Below the pieces are notes generated by a model that saw nothing but the letters and a program-made list of their open reading frames with translations, ran no database searches and was not told the origin of the DNA. Below, piece after piece: positions 30,296 to 40,235 of a stretch of 51,163 nt of DNA. A program made the position numbers and the translations under genes. Positions within the stretch are counted from its first letter, which is position 1. Each line of letters begins with the position of its first letter. The stretch comes from an uncultured Methanosarcinales archaeon. Lineage in GTDB: Archaea; Nanobdellota; Nanobdellia; Woesearchaeales; JABMPP01. The stretch covers positions 1-51,163 of the forward strand of contig CAZSAD010000007.1 of assembly GCA_964604995.1 (NCBI GenBank), read 5' to 3'.

Positions 30296-31684
30296 TTACA
30301 TTCCATGTTTTTTTAAATAATCCATCATGTCCCCAATATTGTGAACTTCTATTCTGTTACTAGCTTTCATAAAAGATGATAAAAATCCTGCAGTGAATAC
30401 CACATTATCTTCTCTTGATAAAACGCCTTTTGCATATAACATCTTAGCAATTTTTATAATTGGTTTAGACTCATACTCTTTTCCAACGTACGCCTTAACA
30501 CCATATACTAATCCTAACTGTTGACAACAAATATTGTTAGGAGTAATTGCAATTATATTTTTATTTAATCTAAATCTACTAAGCATTCTTGCAGTAAAGC
30601 CTGACCTTGTTAAACAAACAATTTTATGTGCATTAATCTGTTTTGCAATAACATATGTTGCTTTTGCAATCTCAGTTGAAATTGTACCATTTGCATTCAA
30701 ATCAACATTGCTTTTTATCATGGGTTCAACTTCTTTTGTTATTTTAGTTATTGTTTCAATAACCTTAATTGGGAATTTACCAATAGCTGTTTCTCCAGAA
30801 AGCATTAAAACATCGCTGCCATCTAAAATAGCATTTGCAACATCGCTAGTTTCAGCTCTTGTAGGAGTTGGATTATTTATCATAGTTTCAAGCATTTGTG
30901 TCGCAGTAATCACAATTTTTCCTGCTTGATTACATCTTTTAATAAGGTCTTTTTGAATTAAAGGGATTTTTTCAGCTGGAATTTCAACACCTAAATCCCC
31001 CCTAGCAATCATAATCCCATCGGATTCTTCTAAAATTTCATTGAAATTTTTGATTCCTTGATGATTTTCAATTTTTGCAATTATTGCAATATTTTTATCA
31101 CCCAATTTTTTTCTAAGATCTAAAATATCCTTAGCGGTTCTTGTAAATGACAATGCAATAAACGCAATATCATGTTTTAATGCAAATTCAATGACTTCTT
31201 TGTCTTTTTCACTTAAAGGAGGGATATTTATTTCAGTATTTGGAATATTAACTCCTTTGTTTTGTTTTATTGTAGCATTTGTAAGTGCCTTTAAAACCAG
31301 TTTTTTGTTTTTTTTACTTACAATTATAGTTTCAATAGCACCATTATCAAAATAAACTTTTTGATTAATATTCACTTGGTCATAAAAATTACAACTAAAA
31401 TAAGGAAATTCAGTTTTAGAAAAACCAATTTGAAATAACTGGTTATATTCAATTTCTATTTCTTTTTGTAACCTTACTCTAATCTCGGGCCCTTTAACAT
31501 CTAACATTATTGGTATTTTTTTTGAAGCAATCCTCACATTTTTGACAACATTTGCATATTGTTTAATATCACCATGTGCAGTATTTATTCTAACACAATC
31601 CATTCCGGCAGAAATCATTTTTTTAAGTGTTGCAACATTAGATGATGTTGGCCCTAGAGTACAAATCACTTTAGTTTTTTTCAT
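30296..31684 (-). CDS. pyk: pyruvate kinase
   Basis: TKVICTLGP, RINTAHG, KGPEIR, IAKIE, ARGDLG, TATQML, PTRAE, LSGETA. Confidence 0.97.
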   Translation of the reverse strand: MKKTKVICTLGPTSSNVATLKKMISAGMDCVRINTAHGDIKQYANVVKNVRIASKKIPIMLDVKGPEIRVRLQKEIEIEYNQLFQIGFSKTEFPYFSCNFYDQVNINQKVYFDNGAIETIIVSKKNKKLVLKALTNATIKQNKGVNIPNTEINIPPLSEKDKEVIEFALKHDIAFIALSFTRTAKDILDLRKKLGDKNIAIIAKIENHQGIKNFNEILEESDGIMIARGDLGVEIPAEKIPLIQKDLIKRCNQAGKIVITATQMLETMINNPTPTRAETSDVANAILDGSDVLMLSGETAIGKFPIKVIETITKITKEVEPMIKSNVDLNANGTISTEIAKATYVIAKQINAHKIVCLTRSGFTARMLSRFRLNKNIIAITPNNICCQQLGLVYGVKAYVGKEYESKPIIKIAKMLYAKGVLSREDNVVFTAGFLSSFMKASNRIEVHNIGDMMDYLKKHGM

Positions 31685-31783
31685 TATGTTAGTGATTGAT
31701 TAGGGGTTTATTAATATTATGGAATTAAAAATTAGAAAAAAATTACAAAATTAGAATGATTCAATCCATACAACTAATTTAAA

Positions 31784-32152
31784 TTACTTAAAAAATTCTT
31801 TTCCAGTACTTGCTTCATATGTACTCATTGATTTTTGATGCAATGGTGTATAAATTTGAGTTATTATAAATTTTCCAGAAGTTGTTTTTGTATTTGCATG
31901 AATTGTTTGCTCTATAATTTGACAATGCCCCCAATATAACCATTTGTCTCCAATGTTATGGACTAAAAAACATCTACCTGGTGCAGGGTGGAAAATTCGC
32001 ATATTTGGTTTATTTTTAAATGAAAATATTTTTCCTTTAAACTCTTTAACAGTAAATGGTTTTTTTAGATGTTTTTTCAAGTCTAACTCTCTTGGAAACC
32101 CCTGTTTAATTGTAAGTTGTAATGTATCATTTAATTCAATAAAACTTCCCAT
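31784..32152 (-). CDS. conserved-looking hypothetical protein
   Basis: 122 aa, globular beta-rich composition (MGSFIELNDTLQL...KWLYWG); TATA-like box upstream. Confidence 0.7.
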   Translation of the reverse strand: MGSFIELNDTLQLTIKQGFPRELDLKKHLKKPFTVKEFKGKIFSFKNKPNMRIFHPAPGRCFLVHNIGDKWLYWGHCQIIEQTIHANTKTTSGKFIITQIYTPLHQKSMSTYEASTGKEFFK

Positions 32153-32318
32153 CTAATTCAGTAAAATTTTGGTGAATATAAAGTTTTCGATGAGTTTATT
32201 TTTTGATAAATTTCGAAATTGAAGTTTTTGTAATTTTTTATTTCTTTGGGTATTTTATTTTCAATAGTTTTTTAAAATATTAAATAAACTTAAAATTAAA
32301 AGAATATTAAATGACAGT

Positions 32319-32391
32319 GGGGCTGTGGGGTAGCCTGGTATCCTTCGAGGTTCGGGGCCTCGTGACCCCAGTTCGAATCTGGGCAGCCCCA
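32319..32391 (+). tRNA. tRNA-Pro (CGG), no encoded CCA
   Basis: Acceptor GGGGCTG/CAGCCCC+A; anticodon arm CGAGG-TTCGGGG-CCTCG; T arm CCCAG-TTCGAAT-CTGGG. Confidence 0.97.
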
Positions 32392-32396
32392 TAACT

Positions 32397-32534
32397 GGTA
32401 GCTCGGTTAACACGCTACCTGTATTAAAGGGATTTCACTTCGTTTAATCCCTTAAACTCGCTTCGAATATTTTGGTCGGTTAACTTTAGTTAACCGGCTT
32501 TCGTGCGAGCTTTAGATCAGTTCCTGGGTACCCC
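32397..32534 (+). other. hairpin-rich tRNA-linked element ending in a degenerate copy of the tRNA 3' end
   Basis: Stems GGTAGC/GCTACC, AAGGGATT/AATCCCTT, GTCGGTTAAC/GTTAACCGGC inside CTCGC/GCGAG. Ends CAGTTC-CTGGG-TACCCC versus tRNA CAGTTCgaatCTGGGCAGCCCC. Confidence 0.5.
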
Positions 32535-32633
32535 TCTAATTTTTAATAATAGTTTTGTTTATTTATAGTTTTAATTAATCAAACAAATTAGCTTTGCAAA
32601 GTGTTATTAATCATCAGTTTTTTTATTATGCTT

Positions 32634-32710
32634 TGCCTGGACTCACACTTGCATGAGACAATGATTGCAAGACGTTTATCTGGGCACTCAGGCCCGTCGC
32701 AAGGCGGGCT
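32634..32710 (+). ncRNA. candidate structured RNA (closing stem + H-type pseudoknot + GNRA hairpin)
   Basis: TGCCTGGA/TCTGGGCA; CTCA/TGAG crossed by CTTGCA/TGCAAG; GGCCCGTC-GCAA-GGCGGGCT. Confidence 0.5.
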
Positions 32711-32889
32711 ACTAATTATAAATTATAAATCAGTTTAATTAAATTATTTTAAATTAATTTCAAAACACTATTTTATATTTCAACTGTTATATTTTTTACA
32801 TTTTCGTAAAATTTAAAAATATCAACAGATAAATATTTTAATTATATTATTTTATTGACGATAAAATAATTTGATAAAAAAGTGGAACT

Positions 32890-33483
32890 ATGTGGAAAAA
32901 AATTGCTGAAACAAATGATTTGATAAGTGTAGAAAAAGATACACCCTACAATTATAAGGTTAGAATTGAAGCAAGATTAAATAAAGGTTACTGGCAGATT
33001 TTTAAAACTTATTTTACAGATAAAGAAGTTGCTTTTAGTGAAGAATACACAACAGAAACTAAACCAGATGCTTTAAATATAATTATTGCTCTTAAAAAAG
33101 AAAAAGATTTAACTATTCCTGAACTTAAAATTGTTAAAAAATTACTTGATAGTCCACTTAAAATAAAAGTTGAAAGGGCATTTAAAGAATATGAAGTTGA
33201 AAAATGGCAATTTTCCGTTAATGACGATAGTTTTATGAATTTTGCAACAGTAAGATATTGTGAATATGTAGCAATTGATATTGTAATGCATGAAAAATAT
33301 AGATTTATTGAAAGAAAAATTCTTGAAGAGTTAATTAATGTTTTAGGATTAAAAGAATTTGGACTTGAAATTTTTAAAAATGTATATTTTTTTAACAAGC
33401 GAACTTTTTATAAATCCAAGCCGAAAAGAAAAGGTGTAGTTATCAGCAAAATTGAAGTGGATTTTGGCGGCCTTGGTGAATAG
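32890..33483 (+). CDS. hypothetical protein
   Basis: 197-aa ORF, GTGG SD-like site, no recognised motif. Confidence 0.7.
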   Translation: MWKKIAETNDLISVEKDTPYNYKVRIEARLNKGYWQIFKTYFTDKEVAFSEEYTTETKPDALNIIIALKKEKDLTIPELKIVKKLLDSPLKIKVERAFKEYEVEKWQFSVNDDSFMNFATVRYCEYVAIDIVMHEKYRFIERKILEELINVLGLKEFGLEIFKNVYFFNKRTFYKSKPKRKGVVISKIEVDFGGLGE

Positions 33484-33658
33484 CGATAATTTTTTCTAAT
33501 GCACCAATTTATATTTTTTATTTTTGTTTTATATAATTTTGTGCGATTTTAATTTTAAAATTTTCATTTTTTGGTGCAAATTTATAAAACCTTAAAATTT
33601 CCATTTATATACTAAAAAATACTACAAAACTAGTCAAAAATAAGTAAAGGTAATAAAA

Positions 33659-34756
33659 ATGATTGATTCCAAGCAAAGATTTGAACTTAAAAAATTCATT
33701 AGGCAATTAGAAAAATACAAAGGTAGACACACTGAACTTGTATCAGTTTACATTCCAGAAGGTTATGAATTAGTTAAAATCATCCAACAATTATCTCAAG
33801 AACAAGGAACGGCTTCTAATATCAAATCTACTGCAACTAGGAAAAATGTCACAGATGCACTAGAAAAAATGGTGCAACATCTAAGAATGTTTCCACAAAC
33901 ACCCCCACATGGACTTGTTGCATTTGCAGGCAATGTAGCTGAAAGAGAAGGTCAAAGTGATGTCAAAGCGTGGAGCATCGAGCCGCCAATACCTGTTAAA
34001 ACAAAGCTTTACCGTTGCGATAAAGAGTTCCAATTAGATATTTTAAAAGAAATGTTAGATATAAAAGAAAGTTATGGCTTAATTGTTATGGACAGAAGAG
34101 AAGGCAATATTGCCATTTTAAGAGGCAAAACAATTGTGCCTCTTGTCAGTTTAAAATCAAGAGTTCCTGGTAAAACAAGAGCAGGCGGACAATCCGCTCA
34201 AAGATTTGAAGGTTTAAGAGACCTTGCAGCATTGGAATTTTACAAAAAAATAGCAGAACATGCAAAACAAGAATTTTTAATGAAAGAGGGTCTAAAAGGA
34301 ATTTTACTTGGAGGTCCAGGTCCAACAAAATATGATTTTTTAGAACTATCCCAATTAACAAATGACCTTAAAAAGAAAGTTATTGCAATTAAAGATCTAT
34401 CTTATACTGATGAATTTGGGCTTCAAGAATTAGTGGATAAAAGTCAAGATATTCTAGCAAATGAGGAAATCGCAGAAGAGAAATCTGCAATGAATCGATT
34501 CTTTGAAACATTAATGAAACAACCAAAAAAAGCAGCATATGGTAAAGATCAAGTAAGAAAAATGCTTGAAATGGGTGCTGTTGATACGCTTTTGTTAAGT
34601 GAAGCAATTGATGATGAAACAATTAGCAGTCTTGAAGATTTAGCAGTAATGTTTAATTCCGAAGTTAAAATAATCTCAACTGAAACAAGAGAAGGTGTTC
34701 AGTTAAAAGAAATGGGAAAATTTGCAGCAGTATTACGCTTTGAATACGAAGGATAG
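33659..34756 (+). CDS. prf1: archaeal peptide chain release factor aRF1
   Basis: GRHTELVSVYIP, GTASNIKS, YRCDKEF, GGQSAQRF, GGPGPTK. Confidence 0.97.
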   Translation: MIDSKQRFELKKFIRQLEKYKGRHTELVSVYIPEGYELVKIIQQLSQEQGTASNIKSTATRKNVTDALEKMVQHLRMFPQTPPHGLVAFAGNVAEREGQSDVKAWSIEPPIPVKTKLYRCDKEFQLDILKEMLDIKESYGLIVMDRREGNIAILRGKTIVPLVSLKSRVPGKTRAGGQSAQRFEGLRDLAALEFYKKIAEHAKQEFLMKEGLKGILLGGPGPTKYDFLELSQLTNDLKKKVIAIKDLSYTDEFGLQELVDKSQDILANEEIAEEKSAMNRFFETLMKQPKKAAYGKDQVRKMLEMGAVDTLLLSEAIDDETISSLEDLAVMFNSEVKIISTETREGVQLKEMGKFAAVLRFEYEG

Positions 34757-34824
34757 AAAGATAATTTCGAATATAACATTAAGTTAGATATAAATTAAAA
34801 TTTAAATCAAAGGTAATTTGATTT

Positions 34825-35670
34825 ATGGACAATAAACAAAATACTGGGCAACAAAAACAACTTAGTAATTATGAATCTAATTACGAATCTAAAATGCCCC
34901 CTTTCGAAGAGAAAAATTTTGAAGAGAATAAAATTGAAAATTCTATTCCCCCATTTTTATCATTACCGAAAATTTTAACAGATGAAGAACTTGTAAAAAA
35001 TGCATATTCTGAGCTTTTTGAAAATAAACCATTTAATTATAGGATTAAAGTTTCTTACAATAACAAATTTAGTGATTACAATGCGAACATCAAATACAGT
35101 CATTTTCACAAATATTTAGATTTGAGGCTTAGCAAAAAATGGATAGGAGTTAGCCATGAAATAAGAATCGGTTTAATTCAAAGCCTTATGCAAAAAATAT
35201 TTAAGACGAAAAAAGATACAGATAATATTGATTTATACAATAAATTTCTAAAAAATGTCCACATTTCTGCACCGAAAACTAAAACTGACACTATTTTAGA
35301 AGAATCATTTAAAAGAGTAAATGAAAAATATTTTTATGGTTTAATTGAACAACCTAATTTAAAATGGAGTAATGGAAGTAGAGTACTTGGCAAATATGAA
35401 TATGGTTCAGATACAATAAATATAAGCAATATTTTAGAGCAAGACTTTGAACTTGTTGATTATGTAATGTACCATGAAATTTTGCATAAAAAACACAAAT
35501 TCGAATCAAAACATGGGCGAACAAAACATCACACCACACAATTTAGGCAAGCAGAGAAAAGTTATCCTGATTCAGAAATGCTTGAAAAACGATTAAATAG
35601 ATTTTCAAATAAAAATAGATTAATAAATAAAATAACTGGCACAAGAAAAAGAAGCTGGAAATTTTGGTAA
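34825..35670 (+). CDS. SprT/YgjP-like zinc metalloprotease-domain protein
   Basis: LGKY, I.IS..L, YVMYHEILH...HH...F. Confidence 0.8.
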   Translation: MDNKQNTGQQKQLSNYESNYESKMPPFEEKNFEENKIENSIPPFLSLPKILTDEELVKNAYSELFENKPFNYRIKVSYNNKFSDYNANIKYSHFHKYLDLRLSKKWIGVSHEIRIGLIQSLMQKIFKTKKDTDNIDLYNKFLKNVHISAPKTKTDTILEESFKRVNEKYFYGLIEQPNLKWSNGSRVLGKYEYGSDTINISNILEQDFELVDYVMYHEILHKKHKFESKHGRTKHHTTQFRQAEKSYPDSEMLEKRLNRFSNKNRLINKITGTRKRSWKFW

Positions 35671-35816
35671 AATGATATGCATTTATGATGTAACATTTTA
35701 AGAAGTGATTATTACAAATTGTTTAATGAATTGTTATTACAATAACACAAGATTTATATACCCCTTACTAGTAACAACAATAATACCTAATAACATCAAT
35801 ATAAAAGGTGTAAAAT

Positions 35817-36215
35817 ATGAGTTTAAGCGAAAATGGTGAAGTAAAACCTGATTATGCAGTAATTGCTGCATCAGTAGATGAAAAAATTAATGAATTTATT
35901 GATAAATCTAAAATTAAAGCAACACCTAGTAAAGTTCGCATAATTAAAATTGAATTAGATATAGGTAATCCTGGTTCTTATGCAAGTATTGACGCAGTTG
36001 GTGAATATCCAATATCCCATTTTTCTAATGCATGTGAAATGGTAGATGAATTGCAACAAAATAATTTGGAATTTATATCTGGTTTTGATGAAACTGAAGG
36101 ATTAGTTAAATCATTTGAAGTTAGAGATGAAAACGGAAATTATTTACATGGAATAAAAAATAATATCTTACCTAAAGAATTTTATCAAAATTTAGGATTG
36201 ATTTCAAAACAATAA
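35817..36215 (+). CDS. hypothetical acidic protein
   Basis: 132-aa ORF with AGGTG SD and upstream TTTATATA box. Confidence 0.65.
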   Translation: MSLSENGEVKPDYAVIAASVDEKINEFIDKSKIKATPSKVRIIKIELDIGNPGSYASIDAVGEYPISHFSNACEMVDELQQNNLEFISGFDETEGLVKSFEVRDENGNYLHGIKNNILPKEFYQNLGLISKQ

Positions 36216-36371
36216 CTTAGTTCAACTAACTTATTTTCCTATTCTTACTTAATTTTTTACAATTGAACGTAAGCTTTATATACCGCTCAAAAATCCCTTA
36301 ACTAAAGAATTGTTATAAAATAACATAAAATAGCATAATAATTAAAAAGCTAGTAAAAAGGTGGACTTAGA

Positions 36372-36773
36372 ATGACAGGCGGAACTAAACTAGTTGGCTT
36401 AAATGAATTACAGAAAGGCAATTATATTGTTATAGAAGGAGCAGCATGCAAAGTTGTTGATATCCAAGTCTCAAGACCAGGAAAACATGGTCACGCTAAA
36501 ATTAGACTTACAGGCGTTGGAATATTCGACGATAAAAAAAGAGTTATTGTAGCTCCAGGACATGATAATGTTGAAGTGCCAGTTGTAGAAAAAAAGAATG
36601 CTCAAATATTATCCATTCATAGCGATGTCGCAAATGTTATGGATATGGATACATACGAAACATTTGATATGAAAATCCCAGATGAATTAACAACTAGTGC
36701 AGTTGAAGGAATTCAAATTGTGTATTGGGTAGTTTTAGATAATAGAGTTATGAAACAAGTAAAGGCAGAGTGA
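36372..36773 (+). CDS. eif5a: translation factor aIF5A
   Basis: SRPGKHGHAK hypusination motif; VMDMDTYETF. Confidence 0.96.
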   Translation: MTGGTKLVGLNELQKGNYIVIEGAACKVVDIQVSRPGKHGHAKIRLTGVGIFDDKKRVIVAPGHDNVEVPVVEKKNAQILSIHSDVANVMDMDTYETFDMKIPDELTTSAVEGIQIVYWVVLDNRVMKQVKAE

Positions 36774-36778
36774 TAATA

Positions 36779-36940
36779 ATGGTTAAATTTCCAGAAGCAG
36801 ATGTTAGAATATACCGCAATGTATTCGTTTGTAGAAGATGTAAAATTAAATTAAGATCTCCGAACATGAAAGTCATTGCAGGTAAAGTAAAATGCCGAAA
36901 GTGTGGCGGAAAAGCATTAAGGCCTGTTAGAAAAAAATAA
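36779..36940 (+). CDS. rpl40e: 50S ribosomal protein L40e (not in ORF track)
   Basis: MVKFPEADVRIYRNVFVCRRCKIKLRSPNMKVIAGKVKCRKCGGKALRPVRKK*: KFPEA start, two CxxC, LRP.RK end. Confidence 0.9.
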   Translation: MVKFPEADVRIYRNVFVCRRCKIKLRSPNMKVIAGKVKCRKCGGKALRPVRKK

Positions 36941-37135
36941 TTTATTTATTTTTGGTTTTTAATATTTTTAACATTTATTTTTCTGACATTTCCAAAACAT
37001 ATTTTAAACATTCTTTTTGTAGATTTAAAAAGATAACTTAAACAGATAAATTATACTAGTTTATACTAGTAAAGGTAATATATATTATTTAATAATAACA
37101 CAACATTTTAATATCAATTGGATTTCTGTGTAGAT

Positions 37136-38335
37136 ATGGACTTCCAAAACATACTTGCAATTATCTTTTTAGTATTAATGTGCATTTTTTTGTATTTTAA
37201 AAGAAAAAAACTAGAAGTCCAAAAAATATTGTTTCCAATTTTCTATTTTATACTATACAAAACAAAATTAGGCATAAAATTCATGGATAAAATGTCCAAG
37301 AAATGGCCTAAAACAATAAAATATGTTTCAATTTTTGGCATTTATTTGGGTTTTATAGGCATGGCAGCAATTTGCTTTGAACTATGCCGTGGACTTATAA
37401 TTTCATTAATTAAACCGCAAACAGCTGCATCTGTTGCTCTTGTTTTGCCTTTTGAAACTGGTTTAAAAGGTACTGTTTCAGTTCCCTTTATTTATTGGAT
37501 ACTTTCAATCTTTATTATCGCAGTTGTTCATGAATTTGCACATGGTGTTGTTGCAAGAAATTCAAATATTAAAGTAAAATCAAGTGGTTTTGCATTCATG
37601 TCAATTTTGCTTCCAATAATACCTGCAGCATTTGTTGAACCTGATGAAAAACAAATGTCTAAAAAAAGTGTTAAAGAACAACTAGCTGTTTTAGCAGCAG
37701 GGCCATTTGCCAATATTGTTTTATCAATTATATGTTTACTTATTGTAAGTTTTGCATTTTCACCATTAACTGAAAAATTAGTTGTTTTTGATGGTGTAAA
37801 AATTGTTGAAGTTGTAAAAGATCAGAATAATATAAGTTTAATGTTTCCAGCACAAAAAGCAGGAATTGAAAAAGATGAGATTATTAGATTTATTGATAAT
37901 CAGGAAATAACAACTATTACTAATTTTACAAATTCAATGGCTCAAAAAAAGCCAGGACAGGTAATACAAGTAGTTACTAATAAAAGTGATTATATGATAA
38001 CTCTTAGTTCAAATCCCACAAATGCAACAAAAGCATATATCGGAGTTTCTGCTGAGCAATCATACCATGCAAAAGAGCCTTACAAGAAAAGCTATCCTTT
38101 CTTATTGCCAACAATGTTATGGTTATCTGGCTTATTTACCTGGCTTTTCATATTAAATATTGGTATTGGGCTATTTAATTTAGTGCCAATTGGTCCAGTT
38201 GATGGTGGAAGAATGACAAATGTCCTTCTCTTGAATAAATTCGGAAAGAAAAAAGGCCAAAAAATTTGGAATTGGATAAGCTTGTTTTTCCTAGCAGTTA
38301 TTTTAGCAACAATCTTACTTGCATTCCTAAAATAA
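37136..38335 (+). CDS. site-2 protease (M50) with PDZ domain
   Basis: HEFAH, AAFVEPD, AAGPFAN, PAQKAGI (PDZ), NLVPIGPVDGG. ATG 37136 preferred over TTG 37118. Confidence 0.95.
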   Translation: MDFQNILAIIFLVLMCIFLYFKRKKLEVQKILFPIFYFILYKTKLGIKFMDKMSKKWPKTIKYVSIFGIYLGFIGMAAICFELCRGLIISLIKPQTAASVALVLPFETGLKGTVSVPFIYWILSIFIIAVVHEFAHGVVARNSNIKVKSSGFAFMSILLPIIPAAFVEPDEKQMSKKSVKEQLAVLAAGPFANIVLSIICLLIVSFAFSPLTEKLVVFDGVKIVEVVKDQNNISLMFPAQKAGIEKDEIIRFIDNQEITTITNFTNSMAQKKPGQVIQVVTNKSDYMITLSSNPTNATKAYIGVSAEQSYHAKEPYKKSYPFLLPTMLWLSGLFTWLFILNIGIGLFNLVPIGPVDGGRMTNVLLLNKFGKKKGQKIWNWISLFFLAVILATILLAFLK

Positions 38336-38506
38336 ATTAAAAAAACATTTTCAAGATTTATTAAAAATTTTATTAATGAGTTTTAAAATGATTTCTAGTA
38401 GGTTTAAATATACTTTTGTTACACTACTTATCAGTACACAAAATGCTAAACTTTAAATATTAAGAATAAATCGCAAGACCACGATAAATTTTAGGGGGTT
38501 GAAAAA

Positions 38507-39592
38507 ATGGATAGCTCAGAAAAGAAACTTCTTGTTTTGAACTTAATTCTAACGATAGTATTAGTATTAGTTGCAGTATACTATGCAGTTCAGGTAAAAT
38601 CGCCTGTCCAAGTACAAATTGGTGGTACTGATGACATTTACAAGCCATTACAATCAAAACTTGCAATGCATAGTGAGTTAAATGATTATAAAAATTTGTC
38701 ACCAACAATAACAAGGATTTCTGCATTAGATTTATTATTTGCAAAACAAAACAATTTAACATTCTATGAGAATGCTAAAGAAGGAGATTTACTTTTGAAT
38801 TATCCAGGAATGAGTGTTTTATACAACCTTAAACAAGATAAAATCATTAATTATTTTGAACAAGCAAAAGCGCCAGCTGATTTATTGACTAAGCTTGATG
38901 CTCACCCTGAAACAGCTGATAGAGTAAATGCACAGGTTCCAACAGTTACAAAATTAGATGACCAAATATTAAACGCAGCACTTGCAAACAATCAACAATT
39001 CTTTGCACCTGCAAGAAGTGGAGATTATTTACTTGAGTGGGATGATCTAGTGGTATTATATGATTACAACAATGATAAAGTAATCAATTTCTTCAAAAGA
39101 TTGAGTTTACCACAAGACTTTGGTCAAAAGTTAATGGCACATAATGAAGTTTCTAGCTATGCAAATCAAAACCTATCAAGTGTAAATATCTTGGATGCAA
39201 CATTAATAGAACAAGGAAAAACTGCAAATCCGCAGTTGTTTAACAATGCTAAAGCTGGAGATTATTTATTACAATGGCCAGATTTATTTGTAGTCTATGA
39301 TTATAAAAATGATAAAATCGTGAGCACATTTACACCAGCAAAAGCACCAGCAGATTTCTTGCAAAAATTACTAGTTCATCCAGAACTTAAAGAATTTGCA
39401 ACTGAAACTCCAAGAGTTAGCATAATAACTCAAGATGCGCTTCCTCAGTTAAAAGAACAGTTCTCAAATATTTATCAGAACGCTAAAGCTGGAGATTATG
39501 TTGTAAGATTTGATAGTTTGTTGGTTATATACAATTATGACACAGATAAACTTGTTGATATGTTTAATTTACAACAACCAACAACCCCTTAA
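38507..39592 (+). CDS. N-terminally anchored surface protein with four ~78-aa repeats
   Basis: One TM helix, then 4x KL..H.E...(N/P)A(K/R).GD(L/Y)..-...(V/I)Y(N/D)...DK. Confidence 0.8.
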   Translation: MDSSEKKLLVLNLILTIVLVLVAVYYAVQVKSPVQVQIGGTDDIYKPLQSKLAMHSELNDYKNLSPTITRISALDLLFAKQNNLTFYENAKEGDLLLNYPGMSVLYNLKQDKIINYFEQAKAPADLLTKLDAHPETADRVNAQVPTVTKLDDQILNAALANNQQFFAPARSGDYLLEWDDLVVLYDYNNDKVINFFKRLSLPQDFGQKLMAHNEVSSYANQNLSSVNILDATLIEQGKTANPQLFNNAKAGDYLLQWPDLFVVYDYKNDKIVSTFTPAKAPADFLQKLLVHPELKEFATETPRVSIITQDALPQLKEQFSNIYQNAKAGDYVVRFDSLLVIYNYDTDKLVDMFNLQQPTTP

Positions 39593-39678
39593 TTAATTAA
39601 TTTTTTTAATTTTTTAATTTATTATTAATTTGATAAAATTAAGCAAAGTAATTATATCAAAATTGGGAGTGATTAACA

Positions 39679-40233
39679 GTGAATTCAAAAAACAGTGATT
39701 CTAAGTTACATAAACAAGAATTTAAACAAGCTCTTGCAGCGGATCTTCTTACAATTTACCAAGGTCTTTTACCTTTAAAAGATAGTACCTCAAGAGCAGA
39801 TAGAAAATTATTTGTAGAAACTGAAGTTGCACTAAACAGTTTAGCTCTTTATTATCAACTTGAAAATCTGCCAATGATTAGTTATTCACAAAAAAAAGTA
39901 GATGTTGTTAAAAATAATAGTAAAAATCACAAATTAACAACACCAGATATGGCCATGGTATATCACACTGTTCAAAATTTAAGGGAAGAGCTTGGCATAT
40001 GTCAATCTGGTGAACCAGGTTCAAATTATCAAACTATAAAATCAAATATAGAAACAATCATAGAACAAAAAGATGTCGGTACTAAGTTTTTTGATTTGAA
40101 TAATAATCCAAAAACAAATAAAGGATACAATCCAAATACTATTTATTGGAGTAATCCTCAATCATTAGAGCAAATAGTGCCTCAGATAGAAAAATGGACC
40201 ATAAAAACAGTAAATTGTAGTTATATATTTTAA
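39679..40233 (+). CDS. hypothetical protein
   Basis: 184 aa, GTG start with GGAGTGA SD. Confidence 0.6.
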   Translation: MNSKNSDSKLHKQEFKQALAADLLTIYQGLLPLKDSTSRADRKLFVETEVALNSLALYYQLENLPMISYSQKKVDVVKNNSKNHKLTTPDMAMVYHTVQNLREELGICQSGEPGSNYQTIKSNIETIIEQKDVGTKFFDLNNNPKTNKGYNPNTIYWSNPQSLEQIVPQIEKWTIKTVNCSYIF

Positions 40234-40235
40234 TT

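Noticed and set aside
32634..32710. Assignment to ZTP riboswitch, SRP RNA, RNase P RNA or twister-sister ribozyme
   Set aside because: Only isolated words match (CTGGGCA, CAGGCCC, TGCAAG/GCAAGGC). The required order and core motifs of those families are not present by eye.
32319..32710. tmRNA (GGGGCTG start plus pseudoknot)
   Set aside because: The 5' part folds as a complete tRNA-Pro cloverleaf, there is no tag ORF or tmRNA 3' end, and the context is archaeal.
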